A stretch of DNA of 64,000 nucleotides, from the NCBI GenBank assembly GCA_016861265.1, contig BOLA01000001.1, forward strand, positions 671,118-735,117. The letters run 5' to 3'. The first letter of the stretch is position 1, and each line of letters begins with the position of its first letter. The position numbers and the translations under genes are program-made. Under the pieces are notes generated by a model that was not told the origin of the DNA, ran no database searches, and saw nothing but the letters and a program-made list of their open reading frames with translations. Positions 61,123-64,000 of this stretch are shown piece after piece. The stretch comes from Patescibacteria group bacterium. GTDB taxonomy: Bacteria > Patescibacteriota > Dojkabacteria > J137.

Positions 61123-62286
61123 ATGAAGAAATTAAAAAAGTTTGATACAAGACAGAGGGCAGTACTTTCGGGAATTATATTAGGTATAATTTTTTTCCTA
61201 ATACTGAGTCCAATATCTTCTTGGGTAGGAGAGTTCATTTTCCCTCCTTCTTCATTATCGAATGTTACTATTGTGCAAAAAGCTAGAGAAATTGATTTGA
61301 ATTGGGATAGAGCTCAAGAGAAAGACGTTGTTGGCTATTATATTATGCTTAATGGGCAGAGGATTAATGATGAAAAACTAGGTAATAGAGATGTGGATAA
61401 CTATGCGATTTACGACCTTGAGCAAGGAAAGGATTATATAGTTGGGGTAGGCAGTATAGATAGTTCTGGTAATATGTCTAACTTAGCTCAAACCTCTGTC
61501 ACTACAAAAGACAGGAACTCCACATATATTCTTAACGTCGAATCTCCCGGCAGCGAGAACTCTAGAAGAATAGCAATATTAGCTATATTTATGGCTGCTA
61601 TCACATTCTTACTAACAAATTGGGTATTGTTCTTTAAAGTTAATGGTAAGAGGCTTTTGACAATATCTAGCTATCCGAGTATTGCTTTGGCCCCTATAAG
61701 TATCTTAAGTTATTCCCTGGTTTTAACAATAGATAATACAATTTATAAGACTATCTTCGCAATAATTGCCTCAGTGGGATATATATTTGTTAGCTATCTT
61801 TTAGTGCTTACAGCGAATATATTACATGGCTCAAAAGTGCACGGGCAGTTGCCACTGGAGCAGGCAGCAAAGGCTTCTCAGTTTATTGTAGGCCTTATTT
61901 CAACTTATCTTATACTTATCTTTACTTTTAGTTCCAACTCAAACCTAGTAGTCAAATTTGCCTTGGTGTTGGGGTTTGTATTTTATTTTACATATTCATC
62001 CTTATCTACAATTAAGGAGCTAGAAGAGGCAAATATAGCACTAAGAACAGGTTCGGTAGTTCTGACTATGTTAGTAGCAATGTTAGCTATATCTGTGTGG
62101 CCAATAGAGAGTATCTATTCAATCCTAGTAATAGCAATTATCTACTATATTATTTTTAACGTAGCCTTAGAAGTTCGCGGAAAGGTTGGCCGATCACTCT
62201 GGATAGAGTATGGGGTATTGGTAGGTTTGATTACACTCCTACTCGTTACAAACAGTGTGTGGGGGATTAACGGAACAATAATTTAA
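61123..62286 (+). CDS. Hypothetical polytopic membrane protein with an extracellular fibronectin type III-like domain
   Basis: PPSSLSNV..LNWD..VVGYYI..LEQGKDYIVGVGSIDSSGNMS (FN3 pattern) followed by about 8 TMs. Confidence 0.75.
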   Translation: MKKLKKFDTRQRAVLSGIILGIIFFLILSPISSWVGEFIFPPSSLSNVTIVQKAREIDLNWDRAQEKDVVGYYIMLNGQRINDEKLGNRDVDNYAIYDLEQGKDYIVGVGSIDSSGNMSNLAQTSVTTKDRNSTYILNVESPGSENSRRIAILAIFMAAITFLLTNWVLFFKVNGKRLLTISSYPSIALAPISILSYSLVLTIDNTIYKTIFAIIASVGYIFVSYLLVLTANILHGSKVHGQLPLEQAAKASQFIVGLISTYLILIFTFSSNSNLVVKFALVLGFVFYFTYSSLSTIKELEEANIALRTGSVVLTMLVAMLAISVWPIESIYSILVIAIIYYIIFNVALEVRGKVGRSLWIEYGVLVGLITLLLVTNSVWGINGTII

Positions 62287-62934
62287 TTCCTATAGTCAAC
62301 AGGTCTAGGTACACATAAAATCATGTTTTAGGGGAATTTGTAAATAATCACCACTTAAGTGTAAAAGTCTAGATTTTGAGTTCTTTAACATATTTCAAGC
62401 TCAGCTACATGTTACTAAATATAAGGGATATTATACTCAGTAAGATTGCACTGCTCAAGAAGAGTGGTTATTACTACTCTAGCCTAATCTGTATGTACTT
62501 TTAAAAGCTTGTCCAAGAAATTAATTTAGTGAAAATATTAATTATTTTTACATTTCCCTAATTTCTTTAGAATTAAAAATGTTTTTATTATCACTTTTGG
62601 CTGTTTCGTATATGCTAGGGATTTTTTATATGAAATCCTCTACTTACTTTAAATCTGACAAATTTTGACACCTACCAATGTAGGCTTTTAAATATGACAT
62701 GCCTTAAATCGCATTTAAACTCGATTTTTCTATAAGCTTTTGTTACTAAAGGAATAGAGAGCTTATAGAGATTAATTGTTTAAATCTAGGGGCTTTTAAG
62801 AGATGAAACAGAAAATCCAGTGAAAACTTATAGTAAGTTCACTAAGTTTTTTTATCAAAATCAAATATGAGAATAAATTCTTATGAAGATTATTAAATAT
62901 AATTTACTGAGTATAATTTTTCTTGGAAATATAC

Positions 62935-62969
62935 AAAAAATCCCGGCAATTGCCGGGATTCAATTTTTT
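62935..62969. terminator. Terminator after gyrA
   Basis: Perfect palindrome AATCCCGGCAATTGCCGGGATT flanked by A and T runs. Confidence 0.8.
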
Positions 62970-62977
62970 ATTATTTA

Positions 62978-64000
62978 TTAAACAATAGTTGCTGCAGTCA
63001 CCTTGTCGCCATCTTTAACCCTCATTAATGTGACACCAGATGTTTGTCTATTCCTAGATGGTAATTCATTTGTCGGTATCCTTACAGCTTGACCCTTGGA
63101 ACTTAAAATTAGCAACTCCTTTTGTGGATGATCTAATATTCTAGCTACAACAAGATTTCCAGTCTTCTTATTTACTTTCGCAGCAAATATTCCAGAACCA
63201 CCACGATTTTGAATTGTAAATTGTTCTAAATTAGTAACTTTACCAAAGCCATTTTCAGATATGGTTAACATTAGATCTTCCTTTTTTCTAACTACATCCA
63301 TAGATATAACTTCGTCTGACTCCTTAAGTTTAATACCTCTAACGCCCTGTGAGGCTCTTCCTGTCTCCCTTACATCGGCTTCTTTAAAGTGAATTGACTT
63401 TGCTTCCTTTGTTACTAAAATAACTTCACTTTCACCGGTTGTTGGTTTGACCCAAATAAGATCATCACCTTCTGTTAAGGCAATTGCTATTAAACCATTG
63501 GATCTAATATTATCGAATTCTTTTAGTTCTGTTTTCTTTACAGTACCTTTCTTAGTAGCCATGAATAGATATTTGTATTCTTTTCCATGATTTTCTCGTT
63601 TTTCTTCACCTTCTTGTTGTATTTCCTCATCAAGAATATTTCCATGAGCATTTCTTGTTAGAACTGAAGTAATCAATTCGCCCTGGGAAATGTTAGCTAA
63701 GTTTACCAATGGAATTCCTTTTGCAGTTCTTGATGCTTCTGGAATGTCGAATACCTTTAATGAGTAAACTTTTCCAAGATTGCTGAAGAACAAGATCTCA
63801 TCGTGAGTAGAGCAACTAAATACATGTCTAATTGAGTCTTCATCTTTAGTTGTTTGGGCTTTTACACCTACTCCACCTCGTTTTTGAGCCTTGTAAGTAT
63901 CGTCTTTTACTCTTTTTATATAACCTTGCGTACTTATTGTTACAAAGGTCTGTTCTTCAGTAATTAGATCTTCTTCGCTAAATTCATCAACATCACCCTT
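62978..64000 (-). CDS. gyrA: DNA gyrase subunit A, C-terminal beta-pinwheel (5' end outside window)
   Basis: Frame stays open to the window end; GyrA-box QKRGGVG and blade repeats (RTAKGIP, GRASQGVRGI, NRGGSG, RQTSGV). Confidence 0.95.
   Translation of the reverse strand, partial: KGDVDEFSEEDLITEEQTFVTISTQGYIKRVKDDTYKAQKRGGVGVKAQTTKDEDSIRHVFSCSTHDEILFFSNLGKVYSLKVFDIPEASRTAKGIPLVNLANISQGELITSVLTRNAHGNILDEEIQQEGEEKRENHGKEYKYLFMATKKGTVKKTELKEFDNIRSNGLIAIALTEGDDLIWVKPTTGESEVILVTKEAKSIHFKEADVRETGRASQGVRGIKLKESDEVISMDVVRKKEDLMLTISENGFGKVTNLEQFTIQNRGGSGIFAAKVNKKTGNLVVARILDHPQKELLILSSKGQAVRIPTNELPSRNRQTSGVTLMRVKDGDKVTAATIV

Noticed and set aside
62308-62335. GGTACACATAA-AATCATGTTTTAG resembling a dif site
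   Set aside because: The left arm resembles the XerC site but the right arm does not match TTATGTTAAAT at the required 6-bp spacing

Overview
AT-rich bacterial chromosome segment using the standard genetic code (topA and dnaB end in TGA). The divergent 16S (515F site reads GTGCCAGAAGCATCGGTAA), the divergent ribosomal proteins and the informational gene content suggest a Patescibacteria/CPR genome, possibly Dojkabacteria/Microgenomates-like; that placement is inference and needs a 16S search. Most of the window is housekeeping: ftsH (3' part), polA, an intron-free 16S-tRNAIle-tRNAAla-23S-5S operon, rpsA, clpC, rho, ndk, the rplL-rplJ-rplA-rplK-nusG-secE-tRNATrp-rpmG block, split comEC, mreB-pbp2-dprA-topA, rpsB-tsf-frr-rseP, dnaX-ybaB-recR, rpsF-ssb-rpsR, prfA, rpmE, dnaB, ruvCAB and the 3' part of gyrA, plus 8 tRNAs. 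The best candidate for an undescribed system lies at 20.0-29.7 kb. There a second, frameshifted mreB is coupled to a DUF1704/MATCAP-type HExxxH carboxypeptidase. This pair faces an 8-gene operon with a 7TM protein, three ATP-grasp ligases (one fused to a retropepsin-like domain), a pyruvyl transferase, GT2, GT4 and a Fem/GNAT-like protein, which suggests a writer/eraser peptide-tagging or peptidyl-glycan system. Other oddities: a structured stand-alone RNA with a sequestered SD and a 22-codon ORF (10.6-10.85 kb), a GCAA sarcin-ricin loop, altered H69/H71 and decoding-site rRNA, an archaeal-type C1-G72 tRNA-Tyr, a dnaX slippery site and a long rho-leader hairpin. No CRISPR array, transposase, integrase or prophage was seen. 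All family calls come from motif recognition by eye, not from database searches.
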